Positions 16,322-23,242 of a DNA stretch of 32,000 nt are shown piece by piece. The DNA comes from Thermodesulfobacteriota bacterium (GTDB taxonomy: Bacteria > Desulfobacterota > WTBG01 > JAGOGO01). Below the pieces are notes generated by a model. It did not search any database, was not told where the DNA came from, and saw only the letters and a list, made by a program, of their open reading frames with translations. Numbering within the stretch: the first letter of the stretch is position 1; each line of letters opens with the position of its first letter. The stretch spans positions 1,335,622-1,367,621 of the forward strand of contig CP113000.1 in NCBI GenBank assembly GCA_026625185.1, given 5' to 3'. Position numbers and translations under genes: made by a program.

Positions 16322-16510
16322 ATCTATTAAAGCTGTCATTCCCCGTCCTGTGATTATTTAACTATTTGAGATAACTTTTGTTTTGAGAGGTTAGGGTACG
16401 GACAGCCTAACCTGAACATTATTCTTGCAGGCTTTAGGCAACTGTTGCGAGGAGGGTGAACGTATAAATTTTGAAGCCCTTTGCTATTGAGCGCCTAAGT
16501 TTCATGAGGA

Positions 16511-17089
16511 TCAGTGATACTTCATCGTTTCGGGGGAAAAATGCCCTTTTATCGGTAAGCGTCCCTTTTTGAGAACTTCGGTGAGGGCATCCGGGAAAAA
16601 CTGGTCACACTCTTTTAAATACTTGAGTACTGATAGGCTCCAGTAGCTTTCGTCCGGAGTTTCAATGACTGCGACGTTTTTGTTTTTAAATTCCTCCATG
16701 ATTCTTTCGGTAGCTTCCGAAGGGTGGGGTCCCTTTCGTTTATCAAAAATCGTTAACGGTCGAAGGGGGTCAATCTGATAAATCTCTAAGTCCCTCAACT
16801 CCATAGGCACATCTCCTTGAGCGAATTCTCTTATCGGCATCCCTCGCATGCCAACCTCCTCGGGATTTCCAAGCGTGGCGATATAAATCAAAGAATCGTT
16901 AACCTTCAAATGGACCGCAGAACCTTCTCTGACGATGGTGTGTTCATTCCCTTGTGGTCCAAAGACTACAAAATTCCAACGACCAAGTTCAAGTTCCAGC
17001 TGTCGTTTAAGAATGCGACTCCGTTCGAAAATTTCTTCGACTTTTTGATACGTTTCCCAATATTTGGTTTTTAGTTTAAAATCCGGCAT
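16511..17089 (-). CDS. Hypothetical protein (192 aa), no recognisable family
   Basis: Long uninterrupted ORF, co-directional with the upstream genes. No SD is visible upstream of the ATG. No motifs recognised. Confidence 0.55.
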   Translation of the reverse strand: MPDFKLKTKYWETYQKVEEIFERSRILKRQLELELGRWNFVVFGPQGNEHTIVREGSAVHLKVNDSLIYIATLGNPEEVGMRGMPIREFAQGDVPMELRDLEIYQIDPLRPLTIFDKRKGPHPSEATERIMEEFKNKNVAVIETPDESYWSLSVLKYLKECDQFFPDALTEVLKKGRLPIKGHFSPETMKYH

Positions 17090-17148
17090 AATAATTTTTT
17101 TTGGAGAAAATTTTTTATTACCTTTTTCCCTTATCGTTTCTCATCCCT

Positions 17149-17301
17149 TTAAAAACTCAAGAGATATTCTTCATCAATATTTGAGGACACATCGGGAAGC
17201 ATTTGCAGATGATCTTCATATTCTTGATGAGTAACAATTCCTTCCTGAATTTTTTTCTCTATTACTCTAATATCGAATCTTTTTTCAACATCTTTATACA
17301 T
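17149..17301 (-). CDS. Small hypothetical protein (50 aa), not in the supplied ORF track
   Basis: Minus-strand ATG at 17301-17299 with AAGGAG 10 nt upstream. The start overlaps the last 8 nt of the GT9 gene (ATGTATAA). Translation is MYKDVEKRFDIRVIEKKIQEGIVTHQEYEDHLQMLPDVSSNIDEEYLLSF, with stop TAA at 17151-17149. Confidence 0.5.
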   Translation of the reverse strand: MYKDVEKRFDIRVIEKKIQEGIVTHQEYEDHLQMLPDVSSNIDEEYLLSF

Positions 17302-18382
17302 ATTTTTCTTTCTCCTTTAAGCGCGTGGTGTTTTTGGAAGATAAGCAAGAGGAACCAAACCGAGACAAAAGGCTCAAAAGCGCTTTTTTAACTGTTACCA
17401 CCGGTAGGGACTGTAAACAAGCCTGATCCTGACACTCAGCCATTTGCTGGGGGGCGCAGGGAGCGCAAGAATAAATACAAGAAAGACATTTAACTTTTTC
17501 ATTCCGGGGTCCCCAAATTCTGACATCCGTAGGTCCAAAAAGGGCTAACGTGGGGATGCCAACCGAGGCTGCTAAATGGGTAATGCCCGAATCATTTCCC
17601 ACATAAACCGTGCACCGTTCAAGAATGGCTGCTAAATGCTTCAGGGGTAAGTTCTCTGCCACAATAGGACTACATTCCTTGATGAATGGCCAAATCGCTT
17701 CTAAAATATCTTTGTCAGCCGGGCCAGAGATAAGGAGGATCGTTGCTCCAAGATACCTTTTTGCCCACCTCATTAACGCCGTAAACTTTTCTTTTGGCCA
17801 GCATTTTTTAGAACTCCCACTCCCAGGATGAATTGCCAAAACCGGATAGTTCCCCTCACCACTATTACATGACGATTGAAAAAACTCCTCTGCAATTTTT
17901 TTGTCACAAAAAGAGGGTACAATTTTAGGAGGTTCAAAAAAAATTGGTATTCCCTCTCTTTCTAAAGGGGAAAGCAAAAATTCGGTTATCGGAGCAGGGA
18001 GTTTTTCCTGTGGAGAAAACCCTCCATAGACGATCCAAGGAATGCCAATTTTTTCCAAATTCTTGATAACGATGCCCTCTGAATCTGGAATATACGAGAC
18101 AGCTAAATCAACGCCGCTGAACAATCTTTTAATATTTTCCGGGAACTCACCCTCGGAGCGAAAAAGGGTATAAAATCCGGACAGATCGTTGGGTATTATA
18201 GTATTAACCTGGTGTTGAGCTAATTTTAAAAAGCAAGGATTTCCCATGAGTGTTATCTGGGCAGAAGGGAAGACTTTTTTAAGACTATTTATCACCGGTA
18301 ACGTTACAATAAAATCACCTAGGGCGCCATTGCGAATAACCAGGATATTTCTGACCAGTTCTAAAGCTTTTTTTCTTTTCAT
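17294..18382 (-). CDS. Glycosyltransferase family 9 (ADP-heptose:LPS heptosyltransferase-like)
   Basis: ILVIRNGALGDFIVTLP near the N-terminus and YVGNDSGITHLAASVGIPTLALFGPT are GT9 hallmarks. There is a Cys-rich tail (CLSCIYSCAPCAPQQMAECQDQAC). ATG 18382 (MKRKKALE...) is preferred because the track start 18469 would overlap dapB. Confidence 0.85.
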   Translation of the reverse strand: MKRKKALELVRNILVIRNGALGDFIVTLPVINSLKKVFPSAQITLMGNPCFLKLAQHQVNTIIPNDLSGFYTLFRSEGEFPENIKRLFSGVDLAVSYIPDSEGIVIKNLEKIGIPWIVYGGFSPQEKLPAPITEFLLSPLEREGIPIFFEPPKIVPSFCDKKIAEEFFQSSCNSGEGNYPVLAIHPGSGSSKKCWPKEKFTALMRWAKRYLGATILLISGPADKDILEAIWPFIKECSPIVAENLPLKHLAAILERCTVYVGNDSGITHLAASVGIPTLALFGPTDVRIWGPRNEKVKCLSCIYSCAPCAPQQMAECQDQACLQSLPVVTVKKALLSLLSRFGSSCLSSKNTTRLKEKEKYV

Positions 18383-18413
18383 GAGACCTTGTGTCAGGTT
18401 TATTTTTAAAGTA

Positions 18414-19232
18414 TCACGTGTGAAGACCAAGCACATCCTCCATACTATAAATTCCCGGAGACTGATCAACCACCCAAAGCGCCGCCTTCACTGCGCCACT
18501 GGCAAAAGTATCCCGACTGTGTGCTCGATGAATTACTTCAAGCCGCTCGCCAAGTCCAGCAAAAAGGACAGTATGATCACCCACAATATCCCCGGCGCGC
18601 ACGGCATGAACTCCAATTTCCTGGGTCTTTCTTTCCCCCAAAACCCCTTTCCTCCCAAATATCCCCACCTTATCCAAATCGCGCTCCAAAGCTTCAGCGA
18701 TAATGTTGCCAAGGCGAAGAGCTGTTCCGCTCGGAGCATCCTTTTTCATCCGGTGGTGTGCCTCCACGATTTCGATATCATAATCATCTTTTAATATCCG
18801 GGCAATTGAACTTACGATTTTGAACATTACATTAACCCCAATGCTCATATTGGGGGATAATACACAGCGGGTCCCGCAAAGTTTTTGCTTGAGCGCTTCG
18901 GTTTCCGGGGTTGAAAATCCCGTTGTGCCGATAACCAGGGCTTTTTTTTCGGAAGCAACTGCTTCCGCATTAGATACGGTACTTTTTATTTCGGTAAAAT
19001 CAATCACCACGTCTATTCCGGGCAAAATTTTTCTCACGTCATCCTGTAAAATGATTTTTAAACCTTTTATCCCCGTAAAGGACTCGATCTCTTGACCGAG
19101 GAAAGGATGGCCTGGCCTTTCAACCGCGCCAGCCAATACTATCCCTTTAGCTTGGGCAATGCGGTCAATAATGCGCATTCCCATACGACCAGCTGCTCCT
19201 AACACAGCTGCTTTAATAGTTTTTTCTGCCAT
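18414..19232 (-). CDS. dapB: 4-hydroxy-tetrahydrodipicolinate reductase
   Basis: IKAAVLGAAGRMG..., DVVIDFT, LVIGTTGF, SPNMSIGVN and EIVEAHHRMKKDAPSGTAL are canonical DapB motifs. Confidence 0.93.
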   Translation of the reverse strand: MAEKTIKAAVLGAAGRMGMRIIDRIAQAKGIVLAGAVERPGHPFLGQEIESFTGIKGLKIILQDDVRKILPGIDVVIDFTEIKSTVSNAEAVASEKKALVIGTTGFSTPETEALKQKLCGTRCVLSPNMSIGVNVMFKIVSSIARILKDDYDIEIVEAHHRMKKDAPSGTALRLGNIIAEALERDLDKVGIFGRKGVLGERKTQEIGVHAVRAGDIVGDHTVLFAGLGERLEVIHRAHSRDTFASGAVKAALWVVDQSPGIYSMEDVLGLHT

Positions 19233-19324
19233 AGCATTAAATGTAAGGTTGTGCTTTCTTAAAGGAAAGACGTTAAAGCCTTCTCTAAGCTCACATTTAG
19301 TTTAAGCGGTGAGGGCGCTTCAAT

Positions 19325-19378
19325 GGAAAGAAAGAATAAAACCAATGCGCTAATACAACGCAACTGTTGCGATTGGTT
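19325..19378 (-). terminator. Possible intrinsic terminator after panD
   Basis: Minus-strand RNA AACCAAUCGC...GCG(C)AUUGGUU forms a ~10-bp stem with one bulge and an 18-nt loop, followed by UUAUUCUUUCUUUCC. It lies 15 nt downstream of the panD stop. Confidence 0.35.
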
Positions 19379-19392
19379 AAGAACAAAACATT

Positions 19393-19767
19393 TTAATTAT
19401 TAGAAACCGCTGCTATTTTTGGGGCCAGCCGGTTTTGAGCATCCACATAAACCAACTTTGGACTGTGGTGCTTTGCCTCCTCCGCATCCATAGTGACATA
19501 ATTTGCGATAATAATCAAGTCTCCCTTGGCAACCTTTCGTGCAGCCGCACCATTAAGACATATGGTCCCTGAATTGCGAACTCCGGGGATAACATAGGTT
19601 TGAAAACGTTCCCCATTGTTAATATCATATATGTGGACCTGCTCAAAGGGGATCAAATTTGCTTTTTCCATCAATATTTCATCAACAGTAATGCTCCCCT
19701 CGTAATTAAGGTTAGCATCAGTTACCGTCGCTCGATGGATTTTGGATTGGAGCATAGTTCTTTGCAC
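19393..19767 (-). CDS. panD: Aspartate 1-decarboxylase
   Basis: [25 protein letters not shown]... includes the self-processing Gly-Ser site (YEGS). About 120 aa. Confidence 0.95.
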   Translation of the reverse strand: MQRTMLQSKIHRATVTDANLNYEGSITVDEILMEKANLIPFEQVHIYDINNGERFQTYVIPGVRNSGTICLNGAAARKVAKGDLIIIANYVTMDAEEAKHHSPKLVYVDAQNRLAPKIAAVSNN

Positions 19768-19785
19768 GGGAAAAACCTCCTTTGT

Positions 19786-20631
19786 TTAATTTTTTAAAAC
19801 CCGATTATCAATTAGCCTTGTTTTTCCAATCTTAACGGCGAGAGCCATTAAAGCCTTATCATCAATCCGTTCTAAATCTTCTATGGTTTCCGGGTGGCAC
19901 ACCTTGACATAATCTATGTCTGCGGCAGGTTGAACGCGGATTATTTCCGCGGCACGGTCAATAAGTTTTTTGGGGTTTTTCTCCCCCCCCTGGAATAATT
20001 TTTCCACCTGATTAAGGGCGTTAAATAAACACAAAGCTTGTTTTCTTTCTTCCGAGCTCAAATACTTATTGCGGGAACTCATGGCTAATCCGTCTTCTTC
20101 CCTTATGGTCGGCATTCCAATGATTTCGATATCAAAGTTAAGGTCTCTGGTCATCTGCCGGATCGTTACCAGTTGTTGATAATCTTTTTCTCCAAAAATC
20201 GCCACCTGGGGTTTTACGATATTAAATAGTTTAGCAACGACGGTAGTAACTCCTTGAAAATGAGCGGGGCGAGAAGCTCCGCAAAGATTTTGCGTCACCT
20301 TCTCCACTGCGACAAAAGTTTGATAGCCCGAAGGATACATCTCCTTTGCCGAAGGGGCAAAGATAATGTCCCCACCAACTGATGAAACTTTTTCAGTATC
20401 TCCTTCTAAATCGCGAGGATAATCTTGATAATCCTCTCCTGCGCCGAATTGCGTGGGGTTTACAAAGATGCTTACAACTAAGTAATCTCCCCTCCCTTTT
20501 CCTTCCCGCATCAGAGCCAAATGGCCTTCATGGAGAAAGCCCATCGTGGGCACAAAAGCAATCCTCCTCCCCGCCTCCCGGGTTGCACAGGCCCACTGCT
20601 GCATGTCGCTTACTGATCGGATGGTGTTCAT
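19786..20631 (-). CDS. panC: Pantoate--beta-alanine ligase (pantothenate synthetase)
   Basis: FVPTMGFLHEGHLAL, VSIFVNPTQF and FGEKDYQQL are PanC signatures. Confidence 0.95.
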   Translation of the reverse strand: MNTIRSVSDMQQWACATREAGRRIAFVPTMGFLHEGHLALMREGKGRGDYLVVSIFVNPTQFGAGEDYQDYPRDLEGDTEKVSSVGGDIIFAPSAKEMYPSGYQTFVAVEKVTQNLCGASRPAHFQGVTTVVAKLFNIVKPQVAIFGEKDYQQLVTIRQMTRDLNFDIEIIGMPTIREEDGLAMSSRNKYLSSEERKQALCLFNALNQVEKLFQGGEKNPKKLIDRAAEIIRVQPAADIDYVKVCHPETIEDLERIDDKALMALAVKIGKTRLIDNRVLKN

Positions 20632-20638
20632 AACTCAA

Positions 20639-21436
20639 TTAAAAACTATGTTCCGCGCCAGGAAATTTGCTTTCTTTAACTTCTGTTATGTAACTTTTTA
20701 CTGCTTCAGAAATTAAAGGTTCAAGGGTGGCAAACCGTTTTACAAACTTGGGTCGAAACTCTCCCGAAAGACCTAAAAGGTCGTTAATCACAAGTACCTG
20801 ACCGTCACAATCGGGGCCGGCCCCAATGCCGATTGTGGGGATACTGAGTTGAGAACTTATTTCTTTCGACAGGAAAGACGGTATCACCTCCAAAACCACT
20901 GCAAAAGCTCCTGCTCTTTCGACTGCTAAAGCGTCCTGAAGAAGTTTTTCGCGTTCCCTATCTGCTTTTCCTTGAACTTTATACCCCCCCATCCGGTGAA
21001 TTGATTGGGGAGTTAAACCAATATGAGCCATAACCGGAATATCAATATCGCAAATCGCTTTGATAACTTCCTCCATATTTAACCCACCCTCGACCTTTAC
21101 CGCCTCAGCTAACCCTTCTTTAAGCATCCGCCCGGCATTTTTTTTCGCCTCTTCTATGCTTACCTGGTAGGACATAAAAGGCATATCCGCGACTAAAAGC
21201 GCCCTAATTCGGCCGCGAGCCACTGCCTGACAGTGATAGATGATTTCCTCCACAGTTACCGGAAGAGTATTCTGATACCCCGCCATAACCGATCCCACCG
21301 AATCTCCTACCAAGAGAATTTCAATTCCACTTGCATCCAGCATCCGGGAAGTAGGGCAGTCATAGGCGGTAAGCATCGTGATTTTATCGCCCTCTTCTTT
21401 CATTTTTTTTAAGTCGAGTATTGTAACTTTTTTCAT
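20639..21436 (-). CDS. panB: 3-methyl-2-oxobutanoate hydroxymethyltransferase
   Basis: ITMLTAYD..., LLVGDSVGSV.GY..T, ADMPF.SY, VK.EGG and HIGLTPQS are PanB signatures. The SD GGGAGGG lies upstream. Confidence 0.95.
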   Translation of the reverse strand: MKKVTILDLKKMKEEGDKITMLTAYDCPTSRMLDASGIEILLVGDSVGSVMAGYQNTLPVTVEEIIYHCQAVARGRIRALLVADMPFMSYQVSIEEAKKNAGRMLKEGLAEAVKVEGGLNMEEVIKAICDIDIPVMAHIGLTPQSIHRMGGYKVQGKADREREKLLQDALAVERAGAFAVVLEVIPSFLSKEISSQLSIPTIGIGAGPDCDGQVLVINDLLGLSGEFRPKFVKRFATLEPLISEAVKSYITEVKESKFPGAEHSF

Positions 21437-21450
21437 TAAACCCTCCCGCT

Positions 21451-21493
21451 CAAAATAAAAAACCTTCCGAACCGAAATGGACCGGAAGGTTTT
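21451..21493 (-). terminator. Intrinsic terminator-type hairpin in the panB 5' leader (candidate attenuator / riboswitch expression platform)
   Basis: Minus-strand RNA has an 11-bp perfect stem AAAACCUUCCG / CGGAAGGUUUU (plus-strand arms 21459-21469 and 21483-21493) and a 13-nt loop. It is followed by UUAUUUU, then GAGCGGGAGGGUUUA-AUG (panB). Confidence 0.7.
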
Positions 21494-21595
21494 ATTTGCA
21501 CATTTTATTATTTTTCCTCGAGGCTAAAAGTCCCCGGGCAAATAAATTTATCTTCTTCACGGTCTCGGTCCTAAATTAGGATCCAAGCTGCGATA

Positions 21596-21624
21596 TTAAT
21601 ATGCTAAAAAAATAAAGGAGTCAA
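21596..21624 (-). promoter_or_regulatory. Sigma70-like promoter of the pan operon (TTGACT-N17-TATTAA)
   Basis: On the minus strand, TTGACT is at 21624-21619 and TATTAA at 21601-21596, with exactly 17 nt between them. It sits ~160 nt upstream of the panB ATG and upstream of the leader terminator. Confidence 0.55.
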
Positions 21625-21838
21625 GAATTTTTTTTGCAAAGGCATTAATTTTTGTAAAAAAATAATCTTTTAATTTTTTAAATAAATTTCAATAGTTGCT
21701 TGCTTTTCTCGGGAAGGCAAGAATTTTCCATAAAAACTTCCCTTCTTTTCTTAGCCGTTATGCTGCTTGAATCGCCATTTTTTTAATCCAGGGGCAGAGC
21801 CCCTCAGAAAAAAAACCGTCCCGGGAAAGGGTAAGCTT

Positions 21839-21856
21839 ACCAATTTTTATCACTTT
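21839..21856. repeat. Left arm of the 17/18-nt inverted repeat flanking the Y1 transposase gene
   Basis: ACCAATTTTTATCACTTT, see the right arm at 22871-22887. Confidence 0.75.
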
Positions 21857-21857
21857 T

Positions 21858-22835
21858 TTATTTTTTTGCCACCATCTTTTCAAGTATCATCCTGATGGCC
21901 GAGGCGCCGACTCCTAACTCCCTCGCTATCTCCGCCATCGTTAATCCAAATTCCCGGCTTAATCGACCGGCAATTTCTCCTCGCACCTTTGTGACCTCGC
22001 GTCGCTTGCCTCCCGCCCTCAGCTCTTTTTCACTTATTCTTCCATCGTTACAGCTGTTTTTTATGATCGCCTTAATCGCTTTCTTATCTCTCGGATTTCT
22101 TATCTGCCTTTTTACCGTTTTTCCCGCCTCCAACAAAATGGCGGCGACAAAATCGCTGCCGCCTAACACTCGCGCATCATTCTCGGTTTTTTCGCAACTT
22201 TTTCGCAATGACAAAACCCGTGACCATCCTCCCATGCTGCGAATCAATCCCCCTCCGGTTAATTCAGGTCGTCTGCCTTGGACGATGCCTCCTTCAACAA
22301 ATTTCCGGTACGCCCGAATGGCTTGACTTCGCTTCCTTCCAAAAAGCCCCAGCACATAATCCTTTTCCTGCCATTGGCTTTCTTGTTTTCCCATAAGAAC
22401 ACTATGCCCGCTCCAGGGAAAACGGTCAAGTTCTCGTAAATCTTTTACTATCTTTGCCCGTAACGGATTCAAATGAAGGTAACGCACAAGCTCCAATAAG
22501 TATGGCTCTTGTTCGCATACAATGGATTTATAGCGGTTTTGAAAAAGATGCCCGCTTCTCTGATGTTTGCGGTTAAATCGGAGGCTGTAGCCGGTTAGAA
22601 GCCGGCGCATGAAGGTGGAGATTCCTTTCGGGCCGCTGAAAAACAAAAGATGGACATGATTGGACATAAGCGCCCAGGCAAGAATTCGGGTTTTGGTCTT
22701 TTCGGCAAGATCACCAACACGGCAGAGAAAATCTTTTTTATCGTCATCGTCACGGAATATCGTTATCCCTTCGATCCCGCGGATCATAACGTGGTGCAAT
22801 GTTCCCGGAGCGTCTAATCTGGCTTGTCTCGGCAT
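21858..22835 (-). CDS. Y1 HUH transposase-like protein (IS200/RAYT, COG1943-type) with C-terminal DnaA-C-like helix-turn-helix
   Basis: LHHVMIRGIEGITIF..., the HUH motif SNHVHLLF, GHLFQNRYKS (catalytic Tyr region), LHLNPLRAK, and a C-terminal HTH ...LSREFGLTMAEIARELGVGASAIRMILEKM. Confidence 0.85.
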   Translation of the reverse strand: MPRQARLDAPGTLHHVMIRGIEGITIFRDDDDKKDFLCRVGDLAEKTKTRILAWALMSNHVHLLFFSGPKGISTFMRRLLTGYSLRFNRKHQRSGHLFQNRYKSIVCEQEPYLLELVRYLHLNPLRAKIVKDLRELDRFPWSGHSVLMGKQESQWQEKDYVLGLFGRKRSQAIRAYRKFVEGGIVQGRRPELTGGGLIRSMGGWSRVLSLRKSCEKTENDARVLGGSDFVAAILLEAGKTVKRQIRNPRDKKAIKAIIKNSCNDGRISEKELRAGGKRREVTKVRGEIAGRLSREFGLTMAEIARELGVGASAIRMILEKMVAKK

Positions 22836-22870
22836 AATAGTACTTCTTTACCAACTGTCTCTCCCTTTGT

Positions 22871-22887
22871 AAAGTGATAAAATTGGT
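22871..22887. repeat. Right arm of the 17/18-nt inverted repeat flanking the Y1 transposase gene
   Basis: AAAGTGATAAAATTGGT is the reverse complement of ACCAATTTTATCACTTT. Confidence 0.75.
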
Positions 22888-22918
22888 CAACGTCCCCTAA
22901 ATTTTCTAAATTTTCGCC

Positions 22919-23086
22919 TTAATTTTCGTCTTTCTGCCAGTTCCCGCTTCCATCATATTCGGCAATGAGAAGGCCAGTTTGGTCATAGATATAATGGGTA
23001 GTGTTTGCATTGGCTACCTTTTTGGTCCTTCTCCCCAGGGATCGTAGGTATATTGCCCCAGGGTAGTGCCAGTATTCAATCCTTGC
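22919..23086 (-). pseudogene. YD/RHS-repeat protein fragment
   Basis: ...ANTTHYIYDQTGLLIAEYDGSGNW... matches the recurrent Y.YD..G.LIAEYD.sGn pattern of RHS/YD-repeat proteins. It is only ~50 codons, has no plausible start, and the 5' end of the tracked ORF lies inside the hflX terminator. Confidence 0.4.
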
Positions 23087-23097
23087 CCCCTTCGGGG

Positions 23098-23125
23098 AAA
23101 AAAAGGGACACCTCAACGATGTCCC
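23098..23125 (-). terminator. Intrinsic terminator downstream of hflX
   Basis: Minus-strand GGGACA-ucguugagg-UGUCCC (plus-strand arms 23105-23110 and 23120-23125) is followed by UUUUUUU (plus-strand A7 at 23098-23104). It lies ~120 nt after the hflX stop. Confidence 0.65.
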
Positions 23126-23242
23126 GAATAGAATGTTATAATTTTATGGACGTCCCCTCCAACTCCGTCCTAAAATATCAAATTTCCCGATGTCAAGAAA
23201 AATCTTTCGGGCAGGAAAAATTTTTTGGGTTAAAAATTATTT

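Larger units (their letters stand above)
21839..22887 (-). mobile_element. Inverted-repeat-bounded unit carrying a Y1 (HUH) transposase-like gene (RAYT/IS200-like arrangement)
   Basis: ACCAATTTTTATCACTTT (21839-21856) is the reverse complement, with one T indel, of AAAGTGATAAAATTGGT (22871-22887). The pair brackets the single ORF tightly, 2 nt from the stop and 36 nt from the start. The interior is GC-richer than its surroundings: a hand count gives 71/120 G+C in 21901-22020, against 25/60 in 20701-20760. Confidence 0.55.

Noticed and set aside
16438-16450. The 13-mer GCAACTGTTGCGA, containing the palindrome GCAAC-T-GTTGC, occurs twice, at 16438-16450 and 19360-19372. Both copies are in intergenic regions just downstream of minus-strand genes.
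   Set aside because: Roughly 1e9 position pairs over both orientations, divided by 4^13 (~6.7e7), gives an order of ten or more chance 13-mer matches in a 32-kb window, and more in AT-biased DNA. The coincidence is not significant on its own. The copy at 19360 is better explained as part of the panD terminator-like hairpin.
19233-19392. Possible lysine riboswitch (L-box) in the 160-nt gap upstream of dapB.
   Set aside because: The gap is too short and lacks the conserved multi-stem junction sequences. It contains only the terminator-like hairpin after panD plus an unstructured AT-rich segment.
21895-22326. Long antisense or alternate-frame ORFs in the track overlap confidently assigned genes. 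Examples are 21895-22326, 18246-18794, 1055-1528, 13062-13421, 7469-7807, 7773-8102, 3396-3695 and 76-285.
   Set aside because: They overlap genes with clear family motifs and have low-complexity or Ser/Pro/Arg-rich translations typical of shadow ORFs. They also lack SD sequences. I treated them as non-coding.
23087-23116. The 5' part (MRCPFFSPKG...) and TTG start of the 65-aa ORF 22919-23116.
   Set aside because: These codons are the hflX terminator hairpin and its poly-U tract read as protein. Only the downstream YD-repeat-like portion is considered meaningful, and then only as a remnant.
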